Source of the DNA: Pontimonas sp. | Lineage (GTDB): Bacteria > Actinomycetota > Actinomycetes > Actinomycetales > Microbacteriaceae | Length of the DNA stretch: 39,413 nucleotides | NCBI GenBank assembly: GCA_021741925.1 | Contig: JAIOWW010000001.1 | Coordinates: forward strand, 1-39,413 | Direction of reading: 5' to 3' | Shown: in pieces, positions 1 through 12,894 of the stretch | Position numbering within the stretch: the first letter of the stretch is position 1 | How the letters are laid out: each line of letters starts with the position of its first letter | Program-made: the position numbers and the translations under genes | Notes under the pieces: model-generated | The model's input: only the letters and a program-made list of their open reading frames with translations | Told to the model about the DNA's origin: nothing | Databases searched by the model: none

Positions 1-38
1 ACTCTGAGGCTGGTTGTTGAGTCTACTAGTCTGGTCTC

Positions 39-623
39 GTGCTTCTCTCAGACCGCCATATTCGCAGCGAACTCGACTCCGGCCGGATTGGCTTAGATCC
101 GCTAGACCTGGACATGGTTCAGCCCTCCAGCGTTGATGTTCGTTTGGACCGTTTCTTCCGCCTCTTTGATAACCACAAGTATCAACACATCGACCCCGCG
201 ATGGACCAGCCTGATCTCACTCGTTTAGTTGAGGTGGACGCCACTGAGGCATTTGTGCTTCACCCGGGTGAGTTCGTCCTGGGCGCCACTTTTGAGGTGG
301 TGAGCTTGCCGGATGATGTGGCGGCTCGCCTTGAGGGGAAAAGCTCGCTGGGGCGCCTAGGTTTGCTCACCCACTCCACCGCTGGCTTCATTGACCCAGG
401 TTTCTCTGGTCACGTCACCTTGGAGCTCTCGAATGTGGCAACGCTCCCCATTACGTTGTGGCCGGGGATGAAGATAGGGCAGTTGTGTTTCTTCCGCCTC
501 ACTTCCCCGGCGGAGCACCCCTACGGTTCAGAGAAGTACGGCAGTCGCTACCAGGGCCAGCGGGGTCCCACCGCGTCACGCTCGTTTAGGAACTTTCACC
601 GCACGGACGTCTCAAAGCCATAA
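39..623 (+). CDS. dcd: dCTP deaminase
   Basis: 194 aa with MLLSD start, [31 protein letters not shown] and YQGQRGPT motifs. TAGTCT (27-32) lies 6 nt before the GTG, implying a leaderless transcript. Confidence 0.97.
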   Translation: MLLSDRHIRSELDSGRIGLDPLDLDMVQPSSVDVRLDRFFRLFDNHKYQHIDPAMDQPDLTRLVEVDATEAFVLHPGEFVLGATFEVVSLPDDVAARLEGKSSLGRLGLLTHSTAGFIDPGFSGHVTLELSNVATLPITLWPGMKIGQLCFFRLTSPAEHPYGSEKYGSRYQGQRGPTASRSFRNFHRTDVSKP

Positions 624-1141
624 GGCTCACTCCACTGCTCCATCTGGTCAACAAGCCAGGGGCTAAAAGCGAAGGGGGTTTTCTGGACCGAGCTATGGAG
701 AGCGGCGGGGTCGACCCATTGCCACTCGCACACTTCCTCCCCCAAGGGAGACGGGTCAGTCGTGGTGCGGGCAACGAAAACCGGGCATATCTCGTTCTCC
801 ACAATTCCTGAGGCATCCACAGCCCGGTACCGAAAGTCGGGGAGCGCTTCGGTGATGTCCCGAAGTTCAAGACCCAACTCATGCTCGGCTCTGCGACGAA
901 TAGCGTCCTCCATGGATTCGCCAGGGCCAGGGTGGCCGCAGGCCGAGTTCGTCCACACCCCTGGCCAGGTTTTCTTGGAGAGCGCTCTCCTGGTGATGAG
1001 AACCTGTCCCCCAGCGTTGAAGATATGGCAGGAGAAGGCCAAATGAAGAGGCGTGTCCGTGGTGTGAACGGTGGCTTTGTCGGCTGTGCCAATTTCGGCA
1101 CCGTCCTCGTTCAAGAGGATGACTAGCTCGGAGGTTTTCAT
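596..1141 (-). CDS. idi: Isopentenyl-diphosphate delta-isomerase (type 1, Nudix fold)
   Basis: Motifs [20 protein letters not shown] and ENEICPV; adjacent to the crt genes. Confidence 0.96.
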   Translation of the reverse strand: MKTSELVILLNEDGAEIGTADKATVHTTDTPLHLAFSCHIFNAGGQVLITRRALSKKTWPGVWTNSACGHPGPGESMEDAIRRRAEHELGLELRDITEALPDFRYRAVDASGIVENEICPVFVARTTTDPSPLGEEVCEWQWVDPAALHSSVQKTPFAFSPWLVDQMEQWSEPYGFETSVR

Positions 1142-1250
1142 CGTCTACTCGCGCTACTGTGCAAGGGTAATAACTTGTGGTTGTCGGCAACGTGCGACCA
1201 GCACAGCCTAGCCAATAGGCACGGAAATATCCCTCGGGAAGGACCCCACT

Positions 1251-2162
1251 GTGGCGGTTGAGTTAGACACCCGGATTGATCTTTACACTCGGGTAGCCCA
1301 GGAGACCTCCCAGGGAGTCATCAAGCGCTACTCCACCTCCTTTGGACTTGCCTCCAGGCTGTTGGAGCCTCGGGTGCGAACCCACATCGGCAATTTCTAC
1401 GCACTTGTTCGACTGGCCGATGAAATAGTTGATGGTGTTGCTGCCGAAGCGGGTGTTCCCACCGCCGAGGCGGGTGCCATGCTTGACGCCCTCGAAGCTG
1501 ACACTGAGCGGGCACTCCAGGTCGGCTACAGCACCAACTTGATTGTGCACGCCTTTGCGAGCTCGGCTCGACAAGTGGGCGTTACCGCCGAGCTCACTCG
1601 TCCGTTTTTCCATTCCATGCGCATGGATCTCACACAGACCGAACACACGCCCGAGACCTTTGACGAGTATGTCTACGGATCAGCAGAAGTGGTGGGCTTG
1701 ATGTGCTTGGAAGCCTTCCTGGAGGGCCGAGAGGTGCCAGAGACTGATCGTGAGGTCATGGTCAAGGGCGCTCGGGCCTTGGGTGCCGCCTTCCAGAAGG
1801 TCAATTTTTTGAGAGACCTTGGTGCCGATGTCCAAGCACTGGGACGGAGTTATTTCCCCGGAGTCTCCGTTGAGCACTTGAACGAGGAGACAAAGCACCG
1901 CCTTCTGGAGGACATTGACCGCGACCTTGCCGACTCGGCCGCGGCCCTGCCGTTGTTGCCCTCAAATGCCAGGCGCGCTGTGTCGCTCGCCCACGTTCTG
2001 TTTGAGGCTTTGGGGGAGCGCATCCGGAAGACTCCTGCTACCGTTCTCCAAACTTCACGGATTAGTGTTCCTGACGTGACGAAAGCAGTTCTTGCGCTGC
2101 GCGTTCTCGCTGGTTACGTTCCCTCCGCACCTCGAAGTGTGAGAAAGGCTCCCCGTGTCTAA
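1251..2162 (+). CDS. crtB: Phytoene synthase
   Basis: YSTSF, VRLADEIVD, YVYGSAEVVGLMC and AFQKVNFLRDL motifs; RBS-like GGAAGGA upstream. Confidence 0.95.
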   Translation: MAVELDTRIDLYTRVAQETSQGVIKRYSTSFGLASRLLEPRVRTHIGNFYALVRLADEIVDGVAAEAGVPTAEAGAMLDALEADTERALQVGYSTNLIVHAFASSARQVGVTAELTRPFFHSMRMDLTQTEHTPETFDEYVYGSAEVVGLMCLEAFLEGREVPETDREVMVKGARALGAAFQKVNFLRDLGADVQALGRSYFPGVSVEHLNEETKHRLLEDIDRDLADSAAALPLLPSNARRAVSLAHVLFEALGERIRKTPATVLQTSRISVPDVTKAVLALRVLAGYVPSAPRSVRKAPRV

Positions 2163-3741
2163 ATCCGTTGTCGTCGTTGGTGGTGGGATCGGCGGAATTG
2201 CCACCGCTGGCTTGTTAGCTCGTGATGGGTATCAGGTGACCCTTGTTGAGGCGCACGCCCGCTTGGGTGGTCGAGCCGGTTTGTGGGAGAAAGACGGTTT
2301 CCGTTTTGACACTGGACCGTCGTGGTACCTGATGCCCGAGGTTTTTGATCACTGGTACAAACTGATGGGTACTTCAGCTGATGAACACCTGAAGCTCACC
2401 AAACTGGACCCCGGTTACCGCGTCTACTTTGAGCCTCAGGGTGGCTCGAAGGCCGAGATTATCGATGTTCGCGCCAGTCGTGAGGACAATCTCGCACTCC
2501 TGGAGGCCATTGAGCCCGGCTCCCGGGCCACCATGGAAAAGTACCTGGACTCGGCACGAGAAACCTACGAGATTGCCAAAGAGTACTTCTTGTATACGTC
2601 GTTCCAGAGTTTGCGGACTCTGTTGGTTCCCGCGGTCTTGAAGCGCGTTGGGACATTGTTCCGCCTGCTGACGACCCCCATCATGACGTTCGCGAAGCGT
2701 CACACAAAGAACCCCAAAATCCAACAACTCTTGGGGTATCCGGCGGTGTTCTTGGGCTCCTCCCCCTACATTGCGCCCAGCATGTTTCACCTGATGTCCT
2801 ACCTCGATCTCGAAGATGGGGTTCTTTACGCCGAGGGTGGGTTCACTCGAGTGATCGATTCGATGCGCACCGTGATCGAAGATCACGGCGTCACCGTGCT
2901 CACCCAAGCCCGGGTTTCTGCCATCACCACGGAAAAAAGATCAGGCAAGGCTCACGCGACTGGCGTGACCTATGAGGATTCCCACGGTGTTGCTCACACC
3001 ATCGAGGCTGACTTTGTGGTGTCGACGACGGATCTTCACCACAGCGAGACGAAACTTCTTCCCGCGGAGCTCCAGACTTACCCGCAGTCTTACTGGGACA
3101 AGAAGATTGCTGGACCCAGTGCCGTCCTCCTCTATCTCGGCGTGAAGGGTGAGGTTCCCGAATTGCTCCACCACACTCTGTTCTTCACGGAGGACTGGGA
3201 GGACAACTTCTCGAAGATTTTTGCGGATAAGCCCACGGTCCCGAACCCGGCGTCTCTCTACGTCTGCAAGCCCAGCGCCACAGATAGCGGCGTGGCACCC
3301 AAGGGTGACACCAACATTTTCGTCTTAGTTCCCATGCCAGCCGATGTGGGCTTGGGTCGCGGTGGGCTAGACGGCTCGGGCGATGAAGCCGTTGAGGCGA
3401 TTGCTGATCGCGCCATTGAGCAGATCTCCCAGTGGAGCGGTGCGAGCGATCTGGCGGAGCGGATTGTGGTGCGGCGAAGCGTGGGACCTGCGGACTTTCA
3501 GGCCGACCTGAACGCCTGGATGGGCACTGCCTTGGGACCTGCTCACACACTGATGCAGAGTGCTTTGTTCCGTTCAGGCAATGTCTCCAAGAAGGTGCAA
3601 GGCCTCTACTTTGCCGGGAGCTCCACCATTCCTGGCATTGGGCTTCCGATGTGTTTGATTAGCGCCGAGGTGTTGGTCAAGAGGGTGCGCGGCGATGTCT
3701 CTACCGCACCACTTCCCGAGCCGTTGATGCCGGTGTCCTAG
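2155..3741 (+). CDS. crtI: Phytoene desaturase
   Basis: N-terminal GxGxxG FAD fold, GFRFDTGPSW, and C-terminal LYFAGSSTIPGIGLPMCLISAE CrtI signature. Confidence 0.96.
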   Translation: MSKSVVVVGGGIGGIATAGLLARDGYQVTLVEAHARLGGRAGLWEKDGFRFDTGPSWYLMPEVFDHWYKLMGTSADEHLKLTKLDPGYRVYFEPQGGSKAEIIDVRASREDNLALLEAIEPGSRATMEKYLDSARETYEIAKEYFLYTSFQSLRTLLVPAVLKRVGTLFRLLTTPIMTFAKRHTKNPKIQQLLGYPAVFLGSSPYIAPSMFHLMSYLDLEDGVLYAEGGFTRVIDSMRTVIEDHGVTVLTQARVSAITTEKRSGKAHATGVTYEDSHGVAHTIEADFVVSTTDLHHSETKLLPAELQTYPQSYWDKKIAGPSAVLLYLGVKGEVPELLHHTLFFTEDWEDNFSKIFADKPTVPNPASLYVCKPSATDSGVAPKGDTNIFVLVPMPADVGLGRGGLDGSGDEAVEAIADRAIEQISQWSGASDLAERIVVRRSVGPADFQADLNAWMGTALGPAHTLMQSALFRSGNVSKKVQGLYFAGSSTIPGIGLPMCLISAEVLVKRVRGDVSTAPLPEPLMPVS

Positions 3742-3749
3742 GAGGCGTT

Positions 3750-4076
3750 GTGTCCTTTCTCTACCTTGTGGCCTTGCTGGCATCAGTGGTGGGGATTGGC
3801 TTGTTGGACTTTCGACACAAGCTGGCGTTCTTCGGTGACGCCGTCTTTCGCTCCGCGCTGATTATTGCGGTGTCGGTGGCGTTCTTCCTGGTGTGGGATG
3901 TGGCGGGTATTGCCACGGGAGTGTTCTTCCGAGGCTCGGGCTCCTGGATGACCGGTGTCCTGCTGGGCCCTGAGCTTCCCCTGGAGGAACTCTTCTTTCT
4001 GATGGTGCTCACATACTCGACCTTGGTCTCCTACCTGTGGGCCAAGAAGGCGCTCGAGGCAAGGCGGAGCGCATGA
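3750..4076 (+). CDS. Heterodimeric carotenoid cyclase subunit (CrtYe/CrtYg-like)
   Basis: 108 aa hydrophobic protein with FFLVWD..GI..G.F and PELPLEE motifs; RBS AGGAGG upstream. Confidence 0.88.
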   Translation: MSFLYLVALLASVVGIGLLDFRHKLAFFGDAVFRSALIIAVSVAFFLVWDVAGIATGVFFRGSGSWMTGVLLGPELPLEELFFLMVLTYSTLVSYLWAKKALEARRSA

Positions 4077-4381
4077 CCTACTGGTTGATCAATATTCCCT
4101 TCCTCCTGGCAGCAGCGCTGGTGCTGGGTGCGGCACTGGGTCGAGGCGTGGCTCCACGCGCACTTCCCTGGGTGGTATCGACTGCCGTCATGATGACCCT
4201 GACGGCGGTGTTTGATAACGCCATCATTGGAACGGGACTTGTCGCCTACGACTCAGAGTTGCTCAGTGGAGTGATGATCGGGCTGGCACCGATTGAGGAC
4301 TTTGCCTATACGGTGGCGGCTCTGATGATGATTCCAGCCCTCTGGCACCTGCTGGAGCCGCGAAGCCCGGAGCGCTCGTGA
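4073..4381 (+). CDS. Heterodimeric carotenoid cyclase subunit (CrtYf/CrtYh-like)
   Basis: Start set at ATG 4073 (ATGA overlap with the previous stop); LTAVFDN..I..G and APIEDFAY motifs. Confidence 0.88.
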   Translation: MTYWLINIPFLLAAALVLGAALGRGVAPRALPWVVSTAVMMTLTAVFDNAIIGTGLVAYDSELLSGVMIGLAPIEDFAYTVAALMMIPALWHLLEPRSPERS

Positions 4382-5244
4382 GCTCACTGAGAACCCTTGT
4401 CGTGAGCTCGCGCCCGCTGAGCTGGGTCAACACAGCGTTCCCGTTTGGGTTGACCTATTACCTCTATGTGGAGGATTTTGATGTGCTCTTTCTTGTGGGG
4501 AGTGTCTTCTTCCTGATTCCCTACAACGTCTTGATGTATGGGATTAACGATGTCTTTGATTATGAGTCGGATCTTCGAAATCCGCGCAAGGGTGGCGTCG
4601 AGGGGGCTCTCCTTCCCCCCGAGCTGCACCGACCCATGCTGTTGGTCTCGACCATCCTCCCCCTACCCTTCCTGATCCCCCTGATTCTCTGGGGATCGCT
4701 TCCCTCAACCGGCGTGCTCGCTCTCTCGCTGTTCTTCGTGGTGGCCTATTCGGCGAAGAATTTCCGGTTCAAAGAGGTGCCTTTTGTGGATTCGATGACC
4801 TCGAGCCTCCACTTCGTAATGCCGGCCGTCTATGCGATGACGCTGGTGGGGGTAGAGCTCACTCCTTTAGCCCTCACCCTGCTGGGGTCCTTCTTCTTTT
4901 GGGGGATGGCGTCCCACGCCTTTGGTGCTGTGCAGGATGTGGTCGCTGATCGAGAGGCCGGTGTGGGATCGATTGCCACCGTTATTGGAGCCAAAGGTAC
5001 GGTGCGCTTTGCTATCGTCCTCTATTTAGTCGCCGGCCTCGTCTTGTTGGCCACCCCGTGGCCACTGCCCCTGATTGCGCCTGTTGCGCTGCTCTACGTG
5101 GGCGCCCTCGGACCGTGGTGGTCAGTCAGTGACGAGGAGGCATGGCGAGCTAATCGAAGTTGGAAGTGGTTCCTGGGACTGAACTTTGTTGCAGGTGCGG
5201 TGGTCGTGCTGGTGCTCTTTGAGTGGTGGCAGGTTACGTCGTAG
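4378..5244 (+). CDS. crtEb: Lycopene elongase (UbiA-family prenyltransferase)
   Basis: SSRPLSWVNTAFPF, YGINDVFDYESDLRNPRKGGVEG and FGAVQDVVADREAG motifs; GTGA overlap with the upstream cyclase subunit. Confidence 0.93.
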   Translation: MSSLRTLVVSSRPLSWVNTAFPFGLTYYLYVEDFDVLFLVGSVFFLIPYNVLMYGINDVFDYESDLRNPRKGGVEGALLPPELHRPMLLVSTILPLPFLIPLILWGSLPSTGVLALSLFFVVAYSAKNFRFKEVPFVDSMTSSLHFVMPAVYAMTLVGVELTPLALTLLGSFFFWGMASHAFGAVQDVVADREAGVGSIATVIGAKGTVRFAIVLYLVAGLVLLATPWPLPLIAPVALLYVGALGPWWSVSDEEAWRANRSWKWFLGLNFVAGAVVVLVLFEWWQVTS

Positions 5245-6628
5245 AGCGTGCGGGGGCCTTCACGAAGAGCAACATGATTCCGCCTGCGAGGAGCACGAGC
5301 GCAATACCGAGCAGCCCGTAGAGCGTTTGGCTTCCCGATAGTGCGATGAAAACACCCCAGGCCAGTGACGCCATCCAGCCCGCAGCACGGCCCGTCGTGG
5401 CATAGAGGCCAAAGACCTCACCTTCTTTGCCCGCGGGCGTGACGCGTGCCAGGAACGAGCGTGAGGCTGCCTGAGCGGGTCCCACAAACATCGCCAAGAG
5501 CAATCCAGCGACCCAGAACATGGGGATTCCCAGGTCGACAAGGAAGAACACGGCCAACGTGCAGGCGACGAGCCCGAAGACCGAGATAACAATCACGTTC
5601 TTGGGCCCAAAGCGATCGTCGAGCCGGCCAGCGAAGATGGTCGAGATTCCCGCAACCAGGTTCAGGGCAATACCAAAGACCACAAGGTCGGTGAAGGTGA
5701 ATCCGAAGACGATGCTGGCGATGACGGAACCAAAAACGAATACCGCGGACAAGCCATCGCGATAGACGGCACTAGCAAGAAGGAACCAGAACGTGGCGCG
5801 TGCCTCACGGAAGAGGCGCGCCACGCTACGACCCAGCTCCACATAACTGCGCCAGAAGCCCACTTTCTCGGCAACCGTGAGCTTGGGCGGCTCGGGAACG
5901 TTGAGAAATATGGGAATCACGAAAATGATGGTCCAGATAGCGGACCCCAGAGCGACCAGTTGGAACGTTGAGGCAACCTCGCCATCCAGCACACCCCCCA
6001 GGATCAGCCCGACGACCAGGGCGAGGGCCAGAATGCCGCCGAGGTACCCAAACCCCCAGCCCAACCCTGACACTTTGCCCACTGTTTTAGGAGTCGAGAT
6101 GGAGACCAGCAGGGCGTTGTAGTTCACGCCGGCTATCTCGCCAAAAATACTTCCGACTGCAATGAGTGCGACGCCGATCCAGAACCATTCCGCTCCGGGT
6201 TGAACAGAGGCGAGACCTAGCTGGGACACGATGAGGAGAATCGTGAACAGCAGCAACTGAAACTTTTGACGACCGGTTCGATCAGCCCGTTGCCCCAAAA
6301 CGGGAGCCAGTAGCGCAATGAGGAGACCAGCGGCAGTGATGCCGTACCCAAGATTGCTGGCGAGCTGTCCCAGTGCAGCGTCCTCACCGGCGGTTCCGAC
6401 AACAGCGGGATCGACAAAGAAGGTACTAGTGAGGTAACTGGGGACCCAGACGAAGGTCAGGAGGACTGTATTGAAGGGCTGAGTGGCCCAGTCCCAAAAG
6501 GCCCAGGACCATACGCGTTTACGAGGAATGGTTTTTCCTTCGTTTTCCGCGAGCCCTACAACGGGTAAAGCATCGGTAGCGGTCAGGTATGAGGGGGTGC
6601 CGCGCTCGGGCGAACCGTCATTGGTCAT
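5234..6628 (-). CDS. MFS transporter (UMF1/Atg22-like family)
   Basis: About 12 hydrophobic segments, WAFWDWATQPF, GRLDDRFGPK and EVFGLYA..GR. Start moved to ATG 6628, which has TACGGT 6 nt upstream. Confidence 0.88.
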   Translation of the reverse strand: MTNDGSPERGTPSYLTATDALPVVGLAENEGKTIPRKRVWSWAFWDWATQPFNTVLLTFVWVPSYLTSTFFVDPAVVGTAGEDAALGQLASNLGYGITAAGLLIALLAPVLGQRADRTGRQKFQLLLFTILLIVSQLGLASVQPGAEWFWIGVALIAVGSIFGEIAGVNYNALLVSISTPKTVGKVSGLGWGFGYLGGILALALVVGLILGGVLDGEVASTFQLVALGSAIWTIIFVIPIFLNVPEPPKLTVAEKVGFWRSYVELGRSVARLFREARATFWFLLASAVYRDGLSAVFVFGSVIASIVFGFTFTDLVVFGIALNLVAGISTIFAGRLDDRFGPKNVIVISVFGLVACTLAVFFLVDLGIPMFWVAGLLLAMFVGPAQAASRSFLARVTPAGKEGEVFGLYATTGRAAGWMASLAWGVFIALSGSQTLYGLLGIALVLLAGGIMLLFVKAPARSTT

Positions 6629-6694
6629 GACAAAACCGTAGTGCCCCCAGGGAAATTTTGGGTAAATGGGGCCCCACAAAATTGATTAACGGAC

Positions 6695-8670
<1,976 letters not shown>

Positions 8671-8675
8671 GCCTC

Positions 8676-9269
8676 ATGGCACGCGAGAGCACACCTCAGC
8701 CCGAGAGGGAAGAGGAACCCCAGGAGCCACTCTTCACGGATAAGCGTCGCATCGACCCAGAAACCGGAGATGTCCGTCCTGAGGCAGCCACTGCTACCTC
8801 GGACGAACTCTCTGAGGACGATGTAGCCCTGCTTCAGGAAGCGGAGCGAGACCTGGTGGCGGAATACCGTGACCGAGCGGCACGCGCCGAGGCTGAGTTG
8901 CAGAATTTTCGTACTCGAGTGGAGCGTGATCGACAAGCAAATCGCGAGATGGTGATTGCCGAAGTGATTCGGTCTTTGCTTCCCGTGATGGATGATTTGG
9001 ATCGCGCCGAAGCACACGGTGATTTGACCGGGACGCCTTTGGAGTTGGTCGCACAGAAATTGCGCTCCAGCTTTGAGCGTTACGACGTCAAGCCCGTAGG
9101 TGAAGTGGGGGAGGCCTTTGATCCTGCCCACCACGAGGCAATGGTGCGTATTCCCGAAGCGGGAGCGCAGGGTGAAACAGTGGCCGAGGTAATCGAAGGC
9201 GGTTACACACTCGGTGAGCGTTTGATCCGCGCCGCCAAGGTTGCCGTGAAGGTACCAGCGGACGAGTAG
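8676..9269 (+). CDS. grpE: Nucleotide exchange factor GrpE
   Basis: [21 protein letters not shown] and [16 protein letters not shown] motifs; follows dnaK. Confidence 0.96.
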   Translation: MARESTPQPEREEEPQEPLFTDKRRIDPETGDVRPEAATATSDELSEDDVALLQEAERDLVAEYRDRAARAEAELQNFRTRVERDRQANREMVIAEVIRSLLPVMDDLDRAEAHGDLTGTPLELVAQKLRSSFERYDVKPVGEVGEAFDPAHHEAMVRIPEAGAQGETVAEVIEGGYTLGERLIRAAKVAVKVPADE

Positions 9270-9280
9270 GGGGTGAGGCA

Positions 9281-10234
9281 ATGGCGAGCCAGGATTGGTT
9301 AGAGAAGGACTTCTATCAAGTACTCGGGGTGTCGAAAGATGCCAGCGAGTCTGAGATTAAGAAGACCTACCGTTCGCTTGCCCGACAGTTCCACCCAGAC
9401 TCCAACCCGGGTGATGCTTCAGCTGAGGCACGTTTCAAAGAAATCTCGGAGGCCTATTCGGTTCTCTCCGACACACAACAGCGTGCTGAGTATGACCAGA
9501 TTCGCGCGATGCAGGCGGGACGACCACGCTTCACCGCCGGCGGTGGAGCCGGCGGGTTCGACGATGTTTTCGGCGGAATGTTCGGTGGGGTACCTCGCGG
9601 AGCACAGAGCGCCGATTTCGGCGACCTCTTCTCCGGTTTGTTCGGCGGTGGACAGGGAGGATTCTCTGGATATCGCGAGCCCACTAAAGGTCGGGACGTG
9701 ATTTCCCGCGTGACCCTAGACCTGCCCACCGCACTCAAAGGGACAGAGATTTCCTTGGAAGGTCCGGGTGGGAAAAAAATTACCGCCCGGGTTCCCGCCG
9801 GGGTGAAGGATGGCCAGAAAATCCGCATTCGAGGCAAAGGACATCCCAGCCCCGATGGTGGAAAACACGGTGACGTCATCATCACCGTGGGGGTCCCCAA
9901 ACACCAGATTTTTGGCCGCGATGGCGACAACCTTCGTCTAGAGGTGCCCATCACCTTCGGCGAAGCTGCGTTGGGTGCGACTATCGAAGTGCCCACCATT
10001 GAAGGTGAGGTCGTGAAAGTCAAAGTCCCGGCAGGAACTCCCAGCGGCAAGGTTCTCCGGGTTAAAGGCCACGGGGTTCGCTCCGGAGCCGCTCTCGGTG
10101 ACTTGCTCGTGGAGTTGCAGGTGGCAGTCCCCGCGCACCTCTCGAAGGTGGCTCAGGGTCACCTCGACAAGCTGATGTCGGCGTTACCCAAAGAGAACCC
10201 TCGAGAGGATCTTCTCAAGAGAGCGGGGGTGTAG
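9281..10234 (+). CDS. dnaJ: DnaJ-family co-chaperone lacking the zinc finger (class B)
   Basis: J domain with HPD, G/F-rich linker and C-terminal DnaJ_C domain; no CxxCxGxG repeats. Confidence 0.93.
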   Translation: MASQDWLEKDFYQVLGVSKDASESEIKKTYRSLARQFHPDSNPGDASAEARFKEISEAYSVLSDTQQRAEYDQIRAMQAGRPRFTAGGGAGGFDDVFGGMFGGVPRGAQSADFGDLFSGLFGGGQGGFSGYREPTKGRDVISRVTLDLPTALKGTEISLEGPGGKKITARVPAGVKDGQKIRIRGKGHPSPDGGKHGDVIITVGVPKHQIFGRDGDNLRLEVPITFGEAALGATIEVPTIEGEVVKVKVPAGTPSGKVLRVKGHGVRSGAALGDLLVELQVAVPAHLSKVAQGHLDKLMSALPKENPREDLLKRAGV

Positions 10235-10237
10235 ACC

Positions 10238-10687
10238 ATGGAGATGGACGAGAGAACACCGCTGTTTGCCATTACCGCCGCTGCGGAGCTCGCGGGAATG
10301 CACCCGCAAACACTGCGCCAGTATGACCGTTTGGGGTTGGTCAGTCCCACTCGCACGGCTGGACGCACCCGGCGCTACTCGATGAAGGATGTTGTCCAGC
10401 TGCGTGAGATTGCTCGACTCAGCGCCGAAGGCCTCAACCTCGAAGGAATCCGACGAATCCTGGAACTCGAGTCCCAGGTTGACGTCCTCCAACGCAGGGT
10501 GCGGGATTTGGAAGCCACCTTGGCGGACGAGCTCTTGCAAAAATCGGGTCGCCGAGTATTTGCCGCTGGAGCAGAAGGAGATGTTATTCCTCTGCGCCAA
10601 GGCGAACGAGCCAAAAAACATAACCAAATGGTGGTGTGGAATCCCTTTGCCTGGACCCCACCACCAGCCAAAAAGCTTGAGAAGTAG
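10238..10687 (+). CDS. hspR: Heat-shock repressor HspR (MerR family)
   Basis: [21 protein letters not shown] and [12 protein letters not shown] motifs; position after dnaJ. Confidence 0.96.
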   Translation: MEMDERTPLFAITAAAELAGMHPQTLRQYDRLGLVSPTRTAGRTRRYSMKDVVQLREIARLSAEGLNLEGIRRILELESQVDVLQRRVRDLEATLADELLQKSGRRVFAAGAEGDVIPLRQGERAKKHNQMVVWNPFAWTPPPAKKLEK

Positions 10688-10699
10688 AGGAGGGACACC

Positions 10700-12844
10700 A
10701 TGCCAGAGCAACAGCAAGCCCAGGGCCAAGAAAGTGCCCTGGAGCAGTATGGAGTGAACCTCACCGAGATTGCGCGGGAAGGAAAACTCGACCCCGTTAT
10801 TGGTCGGGATTCAGAAATCCGGCGGGTGTCGCAGGTGTTGACCCGACGCACGAAAAACAACCCAGTCCTAATTGGTGAGCCAGGTGTGGGAAAGACAGCT
10901 GTTGTGGAAGGTTTGGCCCAGCGCATTGTGGCGGGTGACGTTGCAGACTCGCTCAAAGGAAAGCAACTGATTTCCTTGGACCTTTCCGCGATTGTTGCGG
11001 GAGCCAAGTATCGAGGTGAGTTTGAAGAGCGCCTTAAGGCGGTCCTCAAGGAAATCAACGACGCTGAAGGTGAAATCATCACGTTCGTCGATGAGCTTCA
11101 CACGCTCATGGGCGCTGGTGGAGGCGAAGGATCTGTCGCTGCAGCCAACATGCTCAAGCCCATGCTCGCTCGCGGTGAGCTTCGCCTCATTGGCGCCACT
11201 ACCCTCAACGAGTATCGCGAGTACATCGAGAAGGACGCCGCTCTCGAGCGCAGATTCCAACAAGTCTTTGTTGGCGAACCCAGTGTCGAAGACACGGTCG
11301 CCATCCTGCGCGGTCTTAAAGAGCGCTATGAAGCACACCACAAAGTGGTGATTGCCGACAGCGCGCTTGTGGCTGCGGCGACACTCTCGAATCGTTACAT
11401 CACTGCCCGCCAACTGCCCGACAAAGCAATCGACCTCATCGATGAAGCAGCCAGCCGTTTGAAGATGGAGATTGAGTCGTCACCTGTGGAAATCGATGAG
11501 CTCCGTCGGACTGTTGATCGGATGCGCATTGAAGAGCTTGCTCTGAAGAAAGAGAAGGATGACGCATCCAAGGAACGCTTAACAAAACTGCGGGAAGACC
11601 TGGAGGAAAAGGGCAAGGAGCTGGATGCTCTGCAGGAACGGTGGGCTGCCGAGAAGGCGTCGCTTCAGGACGTCGGAGAGTTGAAGACCCAGCTCAACGA
11701 TGCCCGAATCGAATTGGATCGCGCCATGCGGGAAGGCGATTATCAAGCTGCCTCGAAACTCAACTACGAAACCATCCCCGGCATCGAAGAATCTATCCAG
11801 CAGGCCGAAAGCGCTGAGCGCAGCGACGACCGTATGGTGAACGACCAAGTGACCGATGAGGACATTGCTGCTGTCGTGGCAGCGTGGACCGGTATCCCGG
11901 TGGACAAGCTGACTCAAGGCGAAACTGAGCGACTGCTCCACCTCGAAGCTGAACTGGCCAAACGGTTGGTGGGTCAGAAGGATGCTGTTCGTGCGGTCAG
12001 TGAAGCAGTCCGGCGCACTCGCGCAGGACTGAGCGACCCAGGTCGCCCGACCGGGTCATTTATGTTCCTGGGGCCCACTGGTGTGGGAAAGACAGAGCTG
12101 GCTAAGGCGCTTGCCGATTATCTCTTCGATGATGAGAAGGCACTCGTGCGCATCGACATGAGCGAGTACGGAGAGAAATTCTCCGTGTCGCGCCTTATTG
12201 GTGCCCCTCCTGGCTATGTGGGATATGAGCAGGGCGGCCAGCTCACCGAAGCGGTTCGTCGCCGCCCCTATTCGGTCATTTTGTTGGACGAAGTGGAGAA
12301 GGCTCATCCGGAAGTTTTTGACTTGCTCCTGCAGGTCCTCGACGATGGTCGATTGACCGATGGTCAGGGTCGCACCGTCGACTTCCGCAACACGATCCTG
12401 ATTTTGACCTCAAACCTAGGTTCCTCTTTCCTCATCGAAGAGGGTGTGCCGTGGGAGCAAAAGGTCGAATCAGTTCAACAGGAAGTTCGTCGCGCTTTCA
12501 AGCCTGAATTTGTCAATCGTCTCGATGACATCGTGGTGTTTTCCACGCTGACCGCTGACGATCTCGGCCAGATCGTCGAAATCACCGTCGATCGCTTGCA
12601 GAGTCGACTTGCGGACCGGCGTCTCGACTTGGCGGTGACGCCCGCAGCTCGGTTGTGGCTGGCTGATAACGGGTATGACCCGGTTTATGGTGCTCGACCC
12701 TTGCGTCGACTCATGCAGAAAGAAATTGATGACAGATTGGCTCGAGCCTTGCTCTCGGGAGAAATCCACGATGGGGACACCGTGAAGGTGGATCTCGCGG
12801 AGGACGGTTCTGGGCTTGAGGTTCGACCTTTTTCGATGGAATAG
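10700..12844 (+). CDS. clpB: Disaggregase ClpB without the N-terminal repeat domain
   Basis: Two AAA+ modules ([16 protein letters not shown]), coiled-coil M domain and GYVG pore loop; 714 aa; RBS AGGAGGG. Confidence 0.95.
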   Translation: MPEQQQAQGQESALEQYGVNLTEIAREGKLDPVIGRDSEIRRVSQVLTRRTKNNPVLIGEPGVGKTAVVEGLAQRIVAGDVADSLKGKQLISLDLSAIVAGAKYRGEFEERLKAVLKEINDAEGEIITFVDELHTLMGAGGGEGSVAAANMLKPMLARGELRLIGATTLNEYREYIEKDAALERRFQQVFVGEPSVEDTVAILRGLKERYEAHHKVVIADSALVAAATLSNRYITARQLPDKAIDLIDEAASRLKMEIESSPVEIDELRRTVDRMRIEELALKKEKDDASKERLTKLREDLEEKGKELDALQERWAAEKASLQDVGELKTQLNDARIELDRAMREGDYQAASKLNYETIPGIEESIQQAESAERSDDRMVNDQVTDEDIAAVVAAWTGIPVDKLTQGETERLLHLEAELAKRLVGQKDAVRAVSEAVRRTRAGLSDPGRPTGSFMFLGPTGVGKTELAKALADYLFDDEKALVRIDMSEYGEKFSVSRLIGAPPGYVGYEQGGQLTEAVRRRPYSVILLDEVEKAHPEVFDLLLQVLDDGRLTDGQGRTVDFRNTILILTSNLGSSFLIEEGVPWEQKVESVQQEVRRAFKPEFVNRLDDIVVFSTLTADDLGQIVEITVDRLQSRLADRRLDLAVTPAARLWLADNGYDPVYGARPLRRLMQKEIDDRLARALLSGEIHDGDTVKVDLAEDGSGLEVRPFSME

Positions 12845-12894
12845 TTCAGCGGTTTGTGATGTTGAGTCTCTTGTAAGCCTGTGAAAGGAACAAA

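Noticed and set aside
12860-12882. TTGAGT half-site upstream of the nitroreductase as a possible HAIR
   Set aside because: There is no ACTCA arm at the N7 spacing.
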